From contig MU053513.1 of the NCBI GenBank assembly GCA_013239625.1, positions 3,516,303 to 3,580,302 of the forward strand: a stretch of 64,000 bases of DNA, in the 5' to 3' direction. The position numbers and the translations under genes were made by a program. How positions within the stretch are numbered: position 1 is the stretch's first letter; every line of letters begins with the position of its first letter. Positions 62,391-64,000 of this stretch are shown here, piece after piece. The notes beneath the pieces are model-generated. The model was not told the origin of the DNA, searched no databases, and worked only from the letters and a program-made list of their open reading frames with translations. This DNA is from Lama guanicoe. Taxonomy: Eukaryota.

Positions 62391-64000
62391 CTGTGGTTTT
62401 TTTCTGTTCTTTTTTTCTTTCTTTTTTCTTTTTTGCTCTGCAAGAAGTGATTCCAGTGTCTATTTTTATTTTAAAGCCTTCTACAACTGAATAATTCTGT
62501 TCTTTTTTTCTTGCTCTTTATGCTGCCTTTCAATGAACTTAAAAAATAGGTAAAAGGCAAAAAATTAAATGTGTAAAAGAAAAGCATACGCGAAATTTAG
62601 GAGAAAAGAAAGCACAATGAATCCACACATGGATGACTTTCAGAGTCAGATTTTCCCACTTTAACTAAACCCTACTACAGTGTAGCTTAGTTGTTAAATT
62701 AGCTTATCAGAAAGAACCCACCTAATTACTCTCAGTGTGACCATGTCCAGATCACCTGATTCTTAAAATCCTCCACTGTTCTTTGAGCCGAGGTGTGGTC
62801 AGTAGGAAGTTGATTGCATGGATCATCCCTGGCCAATAAAGCCAGTAAAACCTCAGACACTTTCCCTTCTTGTACACAGTCAAGGGACATTTCTTAGAGG
62901 CCAATAAAATCAAATAGAGGTAAAAGCATGAGAAAACTCGTTTCCTGAAGGAAACAGAAAAGGGACACTGAAAGGGTTGTTGGTGGCTGGATGTGAGGAT
63001 CTGGCAGTGAGACCCATCCTAGAGCATCCTTGCTCTGCTAGCTTCTGTCCAAGGTGCTGCTAACATAGGTGGTACATTGTAGTATAGCGTGGGTAGAACT
63101 GTGAGATCTGAGATGGGGGACAGTATTGGTCGTGGCACGTTCAGATCATTCAGAACACAGCACTGTTAGTCCTGGTAGGATTCATGCAGGGGCTGCTCCT
63201 ACCACGTCTTCACTCTCCAGGAGAATGATTGGGAGAGACTTTGCAGATCTAAAACAAGTTTCTTAATTAAGTTGGCCAGTCTATTTGACAGCCTTTGGGT
63301 TCCTGAGAAGATAATCATCTGTGCGGCCTCTTTCTCTTCACTGGGTCTCAGCCCGTTGGCTGCTGACAGCGTTCCTTTAAAGGGTAACGCTTCTGCACGT
63401 TTACAGACTTCAGGGCTCCACAGCTTTATTGACCATCTGCCACTTTCACACTGTTAGTTTTGCCCTTTCTCTCTGATTTCAGTTGTTCCAGTTTACAAAG
63501 TTCTTTACTGCTCATGTGTCTTTTTTTATTCAACCAACCACCCAATGCTTAATGACGTTCCTAGCGTGCCTCAGTGCGGGCGCCTGCAGGAGACGTGCAG
63601 GCGCCGTGGGGGCCCTTCCCGGGGTTGGGCTGCCCCTGCACGGTACTTTGCCTCCTCTCCACTGTGGCTTTCGTTTCACCTTCCACTTGGTTAGCACAGT
63701 TAGATTTACTCTGCTGTCTCAACTTTTGGACAAGTTGTGTTATAAAGAGTTACGAGGTAATAAAGATAAAAGTTTTAATAACCTGGAAAGGAAGCTGAAA
63801 TGGTATGAAAAAAAAAATGAACCCAATGGAACAGTGCTATTATTTGTAACACTTCCTACCATCAAATGCCTCCTGTTGTTGAGAAATGTACTTAGTATTT
63901 TGGGGGTTGCTTATATTTTTCAAATGAATCATTTGTGTATGTTTTTGTTGGTCTGCTGAGTTGAAGGGTACAACTGGCTCACTAAACTCTTCACATTACA

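Noticed and set aside
63483..63959. 158-aa ORF
   Set aside because: Non-ATG start, crosses a GC patch and AT-rich DNA, and shows no homology I recognise.
1..64000. CRISPR arrays, operons, defence systems, NUMT or intact viral ORFs
   Set aside because: This is eukaryotic repeat-rich DNA with no repeat-spacer array, no long ORFs and no mitochondrial or gag/pol/env-like sequence that I could see.

Overview
Mammalian nuclear DNA, AT-rich and repeat-dense. It is most likely camelid (camel/alpaca/llama): it carries a Vic-1-like tRNA-derived SINE and cetartiodactyl-style young L1 3' ends, and I saw no Alu, B1/B2, Bov-tA/BovB or PRE1. I found no recognisable protein-coding exon, RNA gene, CpG island or promoter. 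The listed ORFs are chance ORFs or decayed L1/L2 ORF2 pieces. Much of the window is transposon fossils: L2, MIR, old and young L1, MaLR/ERVL/ERV1 LTRs, and MER2/MER5/MER20/MER33. L1 and LTR copies lie mostly on the minus strand, which suggests an intron of a large plus-strand gene. I do not see a new biological system. The real oddities are structural: (1) a ~335-bp local templated duplication copied 7.3 kb into an L2, with no TSD and strongly asymmetric divergence; (2) an L2 whose RT region is split and inverted across ~9.3 kb; (3) a twin-primed, 5'-inverted mini-L1; (4) a probable processed-mRNA 3'UTR fragment; (5) two exon-like units on the minus strand; (6) an LTR abutting an inverted copy of its own end; (7) CpG-rich patches inside ancient repeats. 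Repeat family names come from remembered consensus sequences, not from a database search, and boundaries of old repeats are approximate.
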